Source of the DNA: Ostreococcus lucimarinus
Lineage: Eukaryota
Strand: one strand, 5' to 3'
Length of the DNA stretch: 64,000 nucleotides
Assembly: GCA_000092065.1 (NCBI GenBank)
Contig: CP000597.1
This document shows, piece after piece, positions 11,001-21,218 of this stretch; the first letter of the stretch is position 1; the number at the start of each line of letters is the position of its first letter. Position numbers and translations under genes: made by a program. Below the pieces are notes generated by a model. The model had not been told where the DNA came from. It did no database searches and saw only the letters and a program-made list of their open reading frames with translations.

Positions 11001-11393
11001 GTTGATGAATTTGCCGAGTCGATGCAAGCGACGCCGCAGGCGGCGTTGCCGACGCCGACAATGACACTCAACGAGCCGAAGACCAAGCCAAAGACGTACC
11101 GCAAGACGCCAGCGAAACCAAAGGGAACAAATTCGAGCTTCATCACTCCTGTACGTCCTGACGCAAGCCTGAAGGAAAATATTCACAAGCTCAACGAACG
11201 CGCCGATCAAATTTCCTTCAACGATTTGGCGACGAAGCAGCCCGGTTCGGAGGCAAATGTGTACGCCACGCCAGGTGATGAAAACCAAGGCGCGCGTAAA
11301 ATCGCAGGAATAGAGGGGAAGAAAGCTTTGGCGCCTCATTCCGCGACGAAGACGCGCCCCGCGCTCGGCGCCGTCTCTCAAAATTTAGCGTAG
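8040..11393 (+). CDS. Long coiled-coil protein (~1117 aa), SMC/myosin-tail-like heptad repeats, function unknown
   Basis: ORF 7737..11393 starts with TTG and has no Met before aa 102 (ATG 8040, MAFKPLL...). ~900 aa of continuous E/K/R/L/A-rich heptad coiled coil flanked by Ser/Thr/Lys-rich termini. No catalytic motifs seen. Confidence 0.6.
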   Translation: MAFKPLLATRDRRALLEEWRRKNANKAGRKNALERSEVNKSESVTTQTTAGTTPVKTVVGGATLGVKYDYASMRGKENDGTRGEMNVENDGSFVTPRSKTSEARVGTMGNERRGAGEQASTSETTTPSTGKRSTFFSLSGARKSTNGVGGATTIDLMPSPAVRARLKAVETEKEALQALATKLRESSEAALEEAYSKRSEAEERAKSMSERLQKMESDRASLQADMAAVRAQAQALAKAKEEHMRALRKEKRAAEAAAKALEQAKEDANTAVQEREFTIANQAAILEELDDELDRAERSREKAELVAAEKDKLLKQLRAQLDEAKHELEMATKHQTSKQNADTGGVRASQEKLLQLAAARQEAEADAARARQEAKSLAVEVEARRAELETVQCELEKCLQEERMERQRAEEAYSEVQLERNTLEVLVEKRTLEKIALEERLEAVTEEAEFLRSEMKERDEMLREGNQLVEAKETELEQAVTYVLHIQEQLEQMQASGGGDNTEVAERIKELQIKHEALRMEKQKILEDMHTEIAERDALLYASKKSLESKEAELEALRAEYSTRTTELGPLEIELQGLRERVYSYKFELEEKNAQLAANNALVKQMMSAEKRQTANVRRLEFGLAERDEKLRNFNEELNNLKMESDQRDENISERLDSLKQREGVLEALQRATELRLEELREEHAEAVSKLTAEKARAETRASQLEQQIDQLKNESNSQNFDEVESLKAELSETCAKLEESQLEIGRLCTSIAELEHSAEESMSTLKAQLELTKGELENAILEADEARATTEQVEADSLSMMKDMQTVSEDLEKKINEYKQLVRTRDSELRNLKKEVHLKSFESERLRESQSTGLKAIEKLETALKAKAAECERAKSDIVKAQKQLTMLQQELGSSTKTQNELQGALNEMHLRLSKSEEQRDMLAGSLARQEEYQESVNKAREEMHQIALEDAADEIRSVRRKSTVLATALQQHVRINELDAEVALLVDEFAESMQATPQAALPTPTMTLNEPKTKPKTYRKTPAKPKGTNSSFITPVRPDASLKENIHKLNERADQISFNDLATKQPGSEANVYATPGDENQGARKIAGIEGKKALAPHSATKTRPALGAVSQNLA

Positions 11394-12237
11394 TAGAAAA
11401 TTTGCGACGGTGAGTCGTTTCATATCAAATGTTACACTTACAATACATTTCCTAAAATAATCTGCGATTGCGAGGTCGAAAATCACGCGGTCAGTCGTTG
11501 GTCACGTCCATCGTCGACATCGGCTGGACGAAAGAAAAAGGCACTTGAACTTTAAGAAGTCTAGTTTCTCATCATGCGGATCGGACGGCTCTTCCAGACA
11601 TGAATCATCATCAAGTTCAGCGGCGCCGAGATGGGATGTAATCGCCCGTTTGGCACCGCAAAGTCATTGCTCGAAAGCGAACGGCACGGCTTCCTATCAT
11701 GAAGGCGAAAATCTATGTTGGGCTCTCTTTGGACAGATCTCAATCAACGCAAAGCTCAGGGAACCGTGGCAGAGGAGCCCGTGACGAAAAAAGCTCGAAA
11801 ATGTCGGTGCAACTTAAAGACACGCAACCGAGTATTTGGAACCCAGAGCGCAACACGACGCACGCTTCGGTTGTAGCACGAGACTTGGGACGCGCCCGGC
11901 GATTAATTGACGCCGCACCGCCCGGGGTGAAGGTCTCATGCGAATTCGCGTCCGCGTCGAGCGGCGACGAATGAAATACGACGCGATGAAATGTACCAGC
12001 GAGACAGGTCAACGACGGGTACTGATTAACCCAACATTGGTTTATATCTGGCATAACCAAATATACGCGTCAAAACCCCGCGACGCGGCGAACGGACATC
12101 GCCCCGCCGACGCGAGTGGGTCTCGACGCGAGACGGAGAAAAACAAGTCGCGTCGAAATCGTACGCACCTCTCGCCGCTTCGCAACTATTAAATACACTC
12201 CACCGCGAGCGTCGACCGCGCCGCCGCTTCGCGCGCG

Positions 12238-12570
12238 CTACGTGTGCTCGAAAAATCTGGCGCTGAGCCAATTGAAGTAGACGTACGCGATCGTCCCTGG
12301 GATCAACGCCGGAACGACGCGCGAGTAATACGCGTCCCTCAGCGCCCAATCGATGACTTCTATCCCAGTTTCCAACCGTCGCGTCCCGCTCAGGTCCCCG
12401 ACCACGGACGCGGTCAAGAGTACGAACGCAACCACGGACGCGGCGCACATCGCAACGCCGCGCGCGACGGCGCTCGAGCGCTCCTCCGGTGGATTCCACG
12501 TCCAAGTCGAGCGCCCGCCGCCGAATTCGCTCGCGCGAAGACGCGGCGACGCCGACGCGCGACGGCTCAT
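12238..12570 (-). CDS. Small (110 aa) two-transmembrane-helix membrane protein; weak resemblance to PIG-P/DPM2-type small ER subunits
   Basis: ORF 12238..12612 starts with GTG; first ATG at 12570 (MSRRASASP...). Two hydrophobic segments (AMCAASVVAFVLLTASVV and VVPALIPGTIAYVYFNWL). Codon usage is gene-like rather than pure GC artefact. Family assignment is a guess. Confidence 0.35.
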   Translation of the reverse strand: MSRRASASPRLRASEFGGGRSTWTWNPPEERSSAVARGVAMCAASVVAFVLLTASVVGDLSGTRRLETGIEVIDWALRDAYYSRVVPALIPGTIAYVYFNWLSARFFEHT

Positions 12571-12748
12571 GAGGGCGTCGACGCGAGGCGAACCGTCATG
12601 GGTTCGACGCACGAACGCGCGCGATGGACGCGACGCGCGTGAACGGGCGCGCGCGCGTGTGACGACGCTCTCGCGCGCGACGCCGCCAAACCTACCGCTC
12701 TCGCGCTCGCTATTACGCTACGTGACGCTAATAAATACTACGCGACGC

Positions 12749-13585
12749 TCACGCGACGTCGATCGATCCCGGGAAACGAAACCTAAAATCGACGCACTCG
12801 CGACCTTCCTCCGAAGCCTTGAGCGAATACTTGCTGTCGAATCGAGCGAAAGCGTCGCACCGCGCCCAACCGCGCGGTTGCGCAAAGTCGCGAAACACGC
12901 GGCGCACGTGCTCGGCGTACTCGGCGTCGTCCGTCGCCACGCTCAGCCTGCCTCCCGGTCGCAGCGCCCTTTCGAGCAGGACGAACAGCAGAGGATTCAC
13001 CAAGCGCCTGTGCGCTTTGGATTCGCCGCGCCACGGGTCCGGAAAGTGGCACGCGACTTCGTCCAGCGAGCGCGCCGTGGCGTACGCGTCCAGCACCCAC
13101 AATCCGTCCGCTCTCGACACCTTGACGCGGTCGCCAAGGCCGCGCGCTTCGATTCCCATCAGCGCCTGCGCGACGCCCGGTCGGTGCACCTCGCATCCGA
13201 CGAAGACGTGGTCGTCGAACGCCGCCGCCGAGCTCAACAAGTTATCACCCATCCCGAATCCGACTTCGAGCGCGCGGCGTCGTCCCGCGCCGCGCGTGCC
13301 GAACAGCGCGTCGTAATCCAGCGTCGTCCACAACGCCGCGTCCGTCTCGCGCGCGCGTCGCGACGCACCGTCGTCGCTTCCCGCGTCGCCGCGTCCCTCG
13401 CGCGCGCGTCGCGCCTCGCGCGCGTCGAACGCGACGCCGTGCGCGCCGTACAGCTCTCGCAGCGCGCGCTTCTGCGCCTTGGACGCGCGCGCGCGGCGGT
13501 CGAGGTACGTCTTGTGCCACGGTCGGTCCAGCGCGCGGCCGCGCGACCGCGGCGCGAGCGACGCGTCGCCGTCGAGCGTCGCCAT
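12749..13585 (-). CDS. trmB: tRNA (guanine46-N7)-methyltransferase, bacterial TrmB type (probably organelle-targeted)
   Basis: ATG at 13585. Collinear with E. coli TrmB: ...DYDALFG....LEVGFGMGDNLL (SAM motif LEIGFGMG), G[CI]EVH, and FPDPWRGESKAHRRLV (FPDPWxKxRHxKRR). Confidence 0.8.
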   Translation of the reverse strand: MATLDGDASLAPRSRGRALDRPWHKTYLDRRARASKAQKRALRELYGAHGVAFDAREARRAREGRGDAGSDDGASRRARETDAALWTTLDYDALFGTRGAGRRRALEVGFGMGDNLLSSAAAFDDHVFVGCEVHRPGVAQALMGIEARGLGDRVKVSRADGLWVLDAYATARSLDEVACHFPDPWRGESKAHRRLVNPLLFVLLERALRPGGRLSVATDDAEYAEHVRRVFRDFAQPRGWARCDAFARFDSKYSLKASEEGRECVDFRFRFPGSIDVA

Positions 13586-14397
13586 CGAGTGACGCGCGCG
13601 GACGTCGTCGCGCGACGACGACGCGCATGCGCGACGACGGCGACGCCCGAGCGGTGGCGACGATCGCGCTCGACGCGCGCGCGGCGCGCGAGGACGACGC
13701 GCGACGGATGCGCGACGCGCGCGCGGCGAGGGACGAGGCGGCGAGGCGCGCGGCGCGCGTCGACGCGCGACGACGCGCGGCGCTCTACGAACGCGCGCTC
13801 CGAGACGCGCGTCGCGAGTTCGTCGACGATCTCCGTCGCCGGCACGCCGCGCGAATCGCGCGCGCGTCGTCGTCGCGCGCGCCGACGACGTCCGCGACGA
13901 CGTCCTCGTCGGCGCGCGTCGCCGCCGCGCCGTCGCCGTCGCCCTCGCGCGTCGACGCGACGACCGCGTCGTCGCCGAGCGCGCTCGATTTCCGTTCGTT
14001 CGCGCGTCCGGCGTCGTCGTTCGTCGCGTCGCCGTCGCCGTCGCCGCGTCCGCCGTCGCCCCTCGCGTCGCCGGACGCGCGCGACGTTCGTCTCTGGTCT
14101 CGCGTCGACGCGATGTGTCGAAGCGCCGACCGTCTGCGAGCGCGTCTCGCGTGAGCGCATCGAAACCCGTCGCGCTTCGAGCGGTCGGTCGAGGCGTCGG
14201 AATTCGGTCGTCGTCTCGAATCTAGACATTCTCGCCGCCGTTCGCGCGCGTTCGTTCGCGTTCGTCGTTCGTCGTCGTCCGCGCTGTAAAATTCAAATCT
14301 TCATGTTGTGTCCGTGTGTGAGCTGTCGCGAGTCTCACTCGATCGCCCGTCGGACGCGCGATCGTCCCGCGCGTCGCGCCACGTCGACGCGCGCGAC

Positions 14398-14532
14398 ATG
14401 CGGGACGACGACGACGACGATGCGTTCTGTGACGTCGACGCCATGATCGCGGCGCAGGACGACGCGATCGCGAGCGACGACGGGGGGTTAGATTTGAATT
14501 CGAACGCGCGCGACGATGGATTTCATTACCCG

Positions 14533-14574
<42 letters not shown>

Positions 14575-17175
14575 GCGACGAAACGACGACGGGTGGAATG
14601 CGAACGCGCGCGGTCGACGCGCGGCGCCTCGGACGCGCGCGGGGAGAGAGAAGCGAAAATGGAGACGGGACGGGGGACGACGAGGACGACGGCGACGACG
14701 GCGCGTTTAAACGACGACGACGACGAGGGAGAGGAAAACGATAAGGAAAACGAAGACGACGAGGGAAAGGGACGAGGGAAAACGATGAGGGAAACGATGA
14801 GGAAAACGTTCGACGCGCGAGAGACGGCGAGAGCGGTGACGATGGAGGAGAGGGGGACGGCGAGGCGAGGGACGCCGCGAGCGCGGGCGCGGGACGAGGC
14901 GCCGAGGAAGGACGCGGCGGATATCGAGGGGGAGTGTCAAGGGATAACGCTGGGCGATGGGCGTCGGGTGTACGTGAAGAAAGAGCCGAGCGATAAGCCG
15001 ATCGTGAGTTTGAAGGAGATTTACGCGCGGGCGTCGGAGGACGCGCCGTTGTTGACGCGCTCGATCGAAGACATGTTGGACGAGTACGAAGAGGAACGGT
15101 ATCGAAGAGCGGTGGAAGAGGCGCGCGCGGTGGAAGAAGGCGACGCGGCGACGACGCCGATGGATGCGACGACGACGGCACCGCGCACGGAGGGTCAACT
15201 CAAGGTTGAGCGCTTGCGAGCGAAAATGGGCGGCTTGTTGTGGGCGCAGCGCCACGCTCCGCGAGCGTTTACAGATTTATTGAGCGTCGAGCACGTCAAT
15301 CGAGAGGTGGTGCATTGGATCAAGGGTTGGGATAAGGTTGTTTTCGATCGAAATCCTCCGCCGGCGACGATGAAGAAATTTTACGCCGATCGATACGCCG
15401 AAAAAGCTGGGTTGAAGAAGCGAAGCGGCACGACGGAGACGCACGTGCAGCTCGACCGCAAGCAACGTCCGATGGAGAAGATTCTTCTTCTCTCCGGTCC
15501 ACCGGGCGCGGGTAAGACGACGCTGGCGCATGTCGCGGCCAAGCACTGCGGGTACGAGACGATTGAAATCAACGCGTCCGATGACCGAAGTGCGTCCACG
15601 TTAAAGTTGAAGCTCGCGGACGCGCTGCAAACGCGAAGCGCCTTTGAGAAGCAAAAGCCAAAGTGCGTGATCATCGATGAAATCGATGGTGTACACAACG
15701 GAGGCGGCGGCGGTGGAGCCATTTGGACCGTGATGCACGCGTTAAAAGATGTCAAAGGTCAAGCGCCGTTGTGTCGACCGATCATCGCCATCTGCAACGA
15801 TTTGTATGCCCAAGTGTTGCGACCGCTCCGCGACGTCGCCAAGATTATTCGAATGAAACCGCCGCAAACTTCACATCTCACGGCTCGCATCAGAGACGCG
15901 TGCTTGAAGGAAAATGTTGACATCGAACCGCGCGCAATAGCGCTCGTCGTTGATCGCGTTGATAACGATATTCGCGCCGCATTGAATTCGATTCAACTCA
16001 TCGCCAAGACGAGTTCGTCGGTGACGCTGCGAGACGTCGTCAGCGCCGGCGGTGGATCGAAGGACAACAGGCCTCAAGCTTTCTCCATGTGGCAAGATCT
16101 TTTGCGCGGTCGTCACACGTTTGCAAGGTCGCGTGTCGACGCCGAGTCTGGGATGACGCATATGGACATGATGCGCGAAAAGATTGAAATTTACCAAGAC
16201 AACGACGCCCTTCTCGACGGACTATTTGAAAACATTCCAAACGTGCGCTTTCAAGATGGTAGCATGAGCCGCTTAACGCAAGCTGTGAGCGCGGTGATCG
16301 ATGGTTCGATGTTTCAGACGAAATCGTTCACCACCGGTGATCACAATTTGCGTCGATACGCCGAGGCGTGCATCATGGCGGTGCACTCCACCGCCACACA
16401 CGCCGGCAACCTCGGCGAGTCTTTGGAATGGCCGAAAACGGGTCGGGCGATGAAAGAGCGAAACGCTCGCATGGCTGTGCTGAGCAGTCGACGCGACGCC
16501 ATGGACTTGAAAATCATTCGTCGTTCACTCACGTGCGATGTCACGGAAACTTTGCCTTATTTGAACACCATTCTAGCTCCGGAACTTCGTTCTGTCGGCA
16601 CGAGCTTCATGACGGAGGACGAAAAAACCAAACTCGCCGACGTCGTGAGTCTGATGCGAGCGCACGGTCTGTCGTACAAACCGTCCGCGAGTAAGTATAA
16701 CGAACAATCTTGGAGAGCGGCGGCAAATTCCTTGGTACTGCAACCGCCGGTTGATGACTTCGTCAAGTTTGGTGCGGGCGTAGACGCTTTGAAAGCCGTC
16801 GAACGGTTAACGTGGCGAGAGCGTCGCGAGCGCGAGCGCGAACCCGAGATGAACCACAACGCGCCACAGCACATGAACTTGGTACCAAGGCGCGCGGTAA
16901 ACAATAGTTTACGCTCCATCATCGCGAACTCGCTCGTCACTGACGCTGAAAAGCGTTCAGGCGCGCGAGACGCCGCAGCCGCGGCGGACGCCAAGCAGCG
17001 AAAATCGGATCAAAAAGCGCGCGTGGCGCTCGGCGTCGCCGGTGGGAATTTACACAAAGCTCGTAAAAGTTTGAGCAACGCCCAAGGCGCGCAATTCAAG
17101 TACAACGAAGGATACACCACGGGCGTTCGTAGAACCGTCTTGATGCGGGATCTTTTCCCGCAAAACAAAGCCTAG
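14398..17175 (+). CDS. CTF18: CTF18 (chromosome transmission fidelity 18), RFC-like AAA+ clamp-loader large subunit
   Basis: Walker A region ILLLSGPPGAGKTTLAHVAAKHCGYETIEINASDDRS (Ctf18-type, ASDDRS). Upstream box LLWAQRHAPRAFTDLLSVEHVNREVVHWIKGWD. Walker B VIIDEIDG. N-terminal acidic region includes a poly-Asp tract. ORF track starts at 14308; first ATG at 14398. Confidence 0.8.
14533..14571 (+). repeat. (GAC)13 trinucleotide repeat encoding a poly-Asp tract in the CTF18 N-terminal region
   Basis: Direct reading: cggacgacgacgac…gacgcg. In frame, gives [13 protein letters not shown]. Confidence 0.9.
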
Positions 17176-17309
17176 TCGCCGGCGTTTGTTCGACGTCGCT
17201 AAAATTGTAGTCTGGAAGAACAGGTTGAAACAGTCTTTCGAGCGAGCGCGTCGCGCGCCACTCCGACGCGCTCTCGGCTCGCGAACTCGCACCTTTACGT
17301 CGATCGACC

Positions 17310-18143
17310 ATGTCGCTCGCATCTCGCGCCGTCGTGGACGTCTCCCAAGCCCCGCGTCGCGCGCGCGACGCTCGAACGCGCGCGACCGGACGACGTCATC
17401 GAGTTATCCAAAAAGCGTCGCCATCGGACGCCGTCCAGCGCGCCAAGGGCGGGGATTACAACGCCGCCGCGGCGACGTTCGTGAATTCATTCTTTTACGA
17501 TGGAAACGTGGACACGCGAGACGTGGAGTATAAAGGGCTGACGCGGGCGTGCTCGAGCGATATGAAGAAGCGGTACGCCGGGGACGGAAACGCTTTAGTG
17601 GTGATTCTTGATGAAGACGACTCACGAGAATGCTTGGCGTGCGGAGGAGTGGAGGTTAGAAAATACGTTGGCGCGGTGGATTACGAGTCGTACGTGAAGA
17701 GTGGGCGCGGTGGGATGGATGTGGAGGGAAAAATTATCGAGCGACCGATTGTGGCGAATTTGGCCACGGCGCGAGCGGCGAGGAGGAAGGGCTACGGGAA
17801 AGCCATCATGGGGGCTTTAGAAGACATCTGCGCCGAGAATGGATTCGATGAGTGTTGCTTAGTCGTAGAGGCGCGGAATAAGCGCGCGCAAGGGCTTTAC
17901 AGAAAGTTGGGGTACAAGGTGATCGGGAGCGATGCCAAGGCGGCGGCGCTGGAGGTTGTCGACGGACGATCGAGAGAAACGACCACGAAGACGCTCGTGA
18001 TGCGGAAGAGCTTGACTAATCCAGGCGCAAACGTGGATACGGTGACGATCGGCGCGGCTGTGCTAGCTTTGGCGCTGTTGAGCGCGGGGCAACAAGCGTT
18101 GGTGGATGCGTTGTACGTCAACTTTGGCATCGATCTGTTTTAG
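17310..18143 (+). CDS. GNAT-family N-acetyltransferase with N-terminal basic extension and C-terminal hydrophobic helix
   Basis: ATG at 17310. Acetyl-CoA motif A ARRKGYGKAIMGALEDICAENG, then LVVEARNKRAQGLYRKLGY. C-terminal TIGAAVLALALLSAG hydrophobic segment. Confidence 0.7.
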   Translation: MSLASRAVVDVSQAPRRARDARTRATGRRHRVIQKASPSDAVQRAKGGDYNAAAATFVNSFFYDGNVDTRDVEYKGLTRACSSDMKKRYAGDGNALVVILDEDDSRECLACGGVEVRKYVGAVDYESYVKSGRGGMDVEGKIIERPIVANLATARAARRKGYGKAIMGALEDICAENGFDECCLVVEARNKRAQGLYRKLGYKVIGSDAKAAALEVVDGRSRETTTKTLVMRKSLTNPGANVDTVTIGAAVLALALLSAGQQALVDALYVNFGIDLF

Positions 18144-18248
18144 AAATATTTTAATATGATATTCCTCGCTAATGTTGTTGTGTCCGCGAAGGCTATTGGC
18201 TTCAAAGCCTGTCCTAATTAGTTTCTGCGCACCGATGACCCTCATCGA

Positions 18249-19254
18249 TCACGCGCGAGCCATTTGTTCTTTCGCCCGCTGGAAATCAGACAGCGTGCGG
18301 AATTTCGTATCCAAAAGCTCCTTGATGTCTTCTCGGATGACCGGCCTGTTATCACCACGGTAGTAGTAATGGAACGCCCAGAACTTTTCCAGTCCGTACA
18401 GCGATCCAGACTTGTAGTCTAACATGGTAAACTCTTCAAAGTCGCGGTAGACGGCTTTTCTGAATCGCTTTTCCAAACCGTAGCTGTAGAACCGGAAGAG
18501 GCATTGCAAACCGTAGTGGTAGTTGTGTCGAGCATCCTCTTCGGCTAAACGGCAGAATTCCTTGTACATCTTGGCGTTGAACGTGCCTCGCAAAAAATAA
18601 CTCCAAAATCTGAATAACGTATTCATCTCTTCGCTGTTGCCGCAGCCCAAACGCTTGCGCTCGTCGACGGCGCGCTGATGAAACGCCTGGTACTTTTGCT
18701 GCTTGAATCCGTTGTCGTCAAGCAGCGTGTGCGAAGGGTGCTGAAATTCAGGGATATCCCGAGGAGACGCGTGATGAGACAAACGGCCTGGCTTCTGAGA
18801 AGGCGATGCGCCCATCGCAGCGCGATCTGAGCCGACAGACGAGCCAGCACCTGTGTGCCAGTTGAACTCACCCTCCGTCGGCGTCGTACCCAGCAACCAT
18901 CCGACGTCGTTACCTCCTACAGTACCTTCGCCTTTGGGCACCGACGAAGGGAAAAAGTGCGTGCGATCTTGCGAGCCGACAGAAAATCCTCCACCGCGCT
19001 TCCAGGACCCGGCGGCGCCGCGATCGCGCCAGCTCCCGGAGGACGCACCTTGTGATCCGACATGCGAAGATTTCTTCCCTTTGAGATCTTTTTGATAGAA
19101 CGCAAGACCGTCGTTGATGACGGTCGCGACATCGCCGTTCGCTCCAGACGGCGGGCGCCCACCTCTGTTCTGACCGCCTCGACCCGGACGTTGGGACACA
19201 ATCATGAGACGGCTCACGTCGACATCCGTCATGTCGTCTTCTTCGTAGTCGTCA

Positions 19255-19286
<32 letters not shown>

Positions 19287-20531
19287 GTCATCTTCCTCCT
19301 CCCCGAAATCTTCATCCATCTCAAACATTTCATCCTCGTCCTTCTTGAGCTTTGACTTTGATCCCTTCTTTTCCGAAGACTGCAAAGGAGAGCCGCCGCT
19401 CGCCGCCGCCATCTGTTGCGTGACGTCGGCGGCGCTCGCTGGCGCTTGCATGGGCGCAACCTGTTGCGGCTTACCGTCTGCATCTAACAACCACGCGTTC
19501 CAGTCACCCATTTTACGAATCTTGTCGTTGCCGGCGCTGATTTCCACCGTCTTAGAGCCAACGAGAGCGTCGTAAATCATGGCTGGATCCGGAGTCATCA
19601 TGCGAATGCGATTGAAACTCGCGATGACGGACAAGGCGATCCATCCCTCCTTGGGGTCCATCTTAGATCTCAAAAACAAATCCTTGCACAAATTCTCCAC
19701 GCTGAAGTAATACTCCACCTGCTGCTTCACAGCGGAAAGAATTTGATCTCGTTGCGGCACTTGCGCCGGCATGATGTGTTGCGGAGGGTAATACATTTGA
19801 GCGCCCTGCGGCATGTAATATCCACCCTCGAACGGCGCCTGATACGAAGAATCAAAGTTCTTGTTACCCCGTCCACCTCGACCGCCCCGACCTCCTCGTC
19901 CCGCGGCGTCGTACTGGAAACGACCGTCGTACCCGTGTCCTCTCGCCCAAGTCTTGTCGCCTTCGCGTCCGCCCCGTCCGCCTCTTCCGCCACCATTACC
20001 GCCTCTGCCACCGTTGTTACCGCGCGCGCCGCCGCCACCTCGATTCCCTCCATTCTTATCACCACCATTCTTCGCGTTCTTACCCTTGCCGTTGCCTCCC
20101 GCCTTGCCGCCTTGCGAGCCCGACGTCCCTCCGCTCTGTTGGCCCTCGCCCGTCCTCGCCCTCGAAGGGGGCACGGTGTCGGGTTTAAGATCTGGATTTT
20201 TCGCATCGCCCAAAGTCGGCCAAGTCACGGGTTTCACCGCCGCGAGCGCCGCGGCCGCGGCCGCATCGCTCGCCACCGTCGGTTTCCCCCACGCCGGCTT
20301 TGTCGGTTCCTCTCGCGTCCCGCCCTCGCTTCTCCGCTTCCCCGCCTCCGCGCCTTCTCCCGATGCCCCCGATCCTTCACTACCTACTCCACCACCACCA
20401 GCGTTCCCTAGACTCCGTCCCTCTCCCGCGCTCGACGCTCGCCTCTGCGTTTCATTCGCATCCTTCCCGCTCGCGCCCTCGCTCGTCTGGCTCGCCCTCC
20501 CTCCGCTCACGACGCTCGCCCACGCGCTCAT
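18249..20531 (-). CDS. LARP1: La-related protein 1 (LARP1): central La motif and C-terminal DM15 repeat domain
   Basis: La motif [47 protein letters not shown]-terminal DM15 boxes ([12 protein letters not shown]..., [17 protein letters not shown]..., [13 protein letters not shown]). Gly/Arg-rich N-terminus and an Asp/Glu tract. ATG at 20531. Confidence 0.8.
19248..19300 (-). repeat. (GTCATC)n hexanucleotide repeat; on the coding (minus) strand encodes an acidic DDDD… tract of LARP1
   Basis: gtcgtcatcatcgtcatcgtcatcgtcatcgtcatcgtcgtcatc read directly. Confidence 0.85.
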
Positions 20532-21121
20532 GTTCGCCGATCCACGACCGAGTTCTTCCCGTCACCTGTCGTCATCGTCATCGTCGCGTTCGTCAGTCTT
20601 CCCCTCTTCCGCCCTCGCCCGTTCCTGTCGCGTCGCGCGTGGCGCGCGTCTCCTCGCGCGCCGCGCCCTCGCGCCTGCAAAACCCTCCAACCGCCCGCCT
20701 CGCGACGCATTCGCCCTCTCCACGCGCGCGCGCGTCGTCACCGCGCGTCACCGTCGCGCCGATCGCGCGTTAACTTTCCCTCGATCTCCTCCCGCGCGCG
20801 TCGCGTCCCGTCGCCGTCGCGTCGCGGCGTCGCGCGTCGCGCGCGCGCGTCCCCGCGCGCGCGCGCGAAAAGTGGTCGTCCGTCGTCGTCGTCGCGTCGC
20901 GCCCTCGCGGTCGCGCGCGTCGCCCTCGCGCGTCGCGCGTCGCGCGCTCGAATTTTATTCGCACCTTTTTCGCGCCGCGTCGCGCGCCGCGACGTCGCGC
21001 TCGACCGCGGTCGCGCGCGATGTGACGACGCGACGAGTAATATCTAGCGTGACGAGGCGTCGCGGGCGGGGTGCCGTCGGTTGGTTGTTTTCCAAAACCC
21101 TACTTACTATTTACCCATACC

Positions 21122-21151
21122 CGGTCGGTCGGTCGGTCGGTCGGTCGGTCG
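21122..21151. repeat. (GGTC)7 tetranucleotide microsatellite in the LARP1 5'-flank / RAP-gene 3'-flank
   Basis: ccggtcggtcggtcggtcggtcggtcggtcgcc read directly. Confidence 0.9.
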
Positions 21152-21218
21152 CCCGTCCGCCCTCGCACCGGTCGCGTCCGACGATTGAGGCGGCGACGGC
21201 CGCGGCCGCGCGCGCGGT

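Noticed and set aside
11394-12237. Search for tRNA/snRNA/snoRNA genes in the larger AT-richer intergenic stretches (also 18144-18248, 26066-26266, 43684-44031, 63571-63800)
   Set aside because: I could not find cloverleaf-compatible segments with GTTCGA/GGTTCGAATCC-type T-arm boxes or box C/D motifs by eye. These stretches are most simply the convergent 3'UTRs and promoters of the flanking genes. A covariance-model scan would be needed to exclude small ncRNAs.
12353-14446. 697-aa plus-strand ORF and overlapping 331-aa minus-strand ORF (13234..14229) rich in Arg/Ala/Ser/Pro
   Set aside because: Pure low-complexity translation of (GCG/CGC/GAC)-rich DNA, antisense to or upstream of the well-supported TrmB gene. 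No domain-like blocks and no hydrophobic core periodicity. Interpreted as GC-composition artefacts in the TrmB/CTF18 divergent promoter region.
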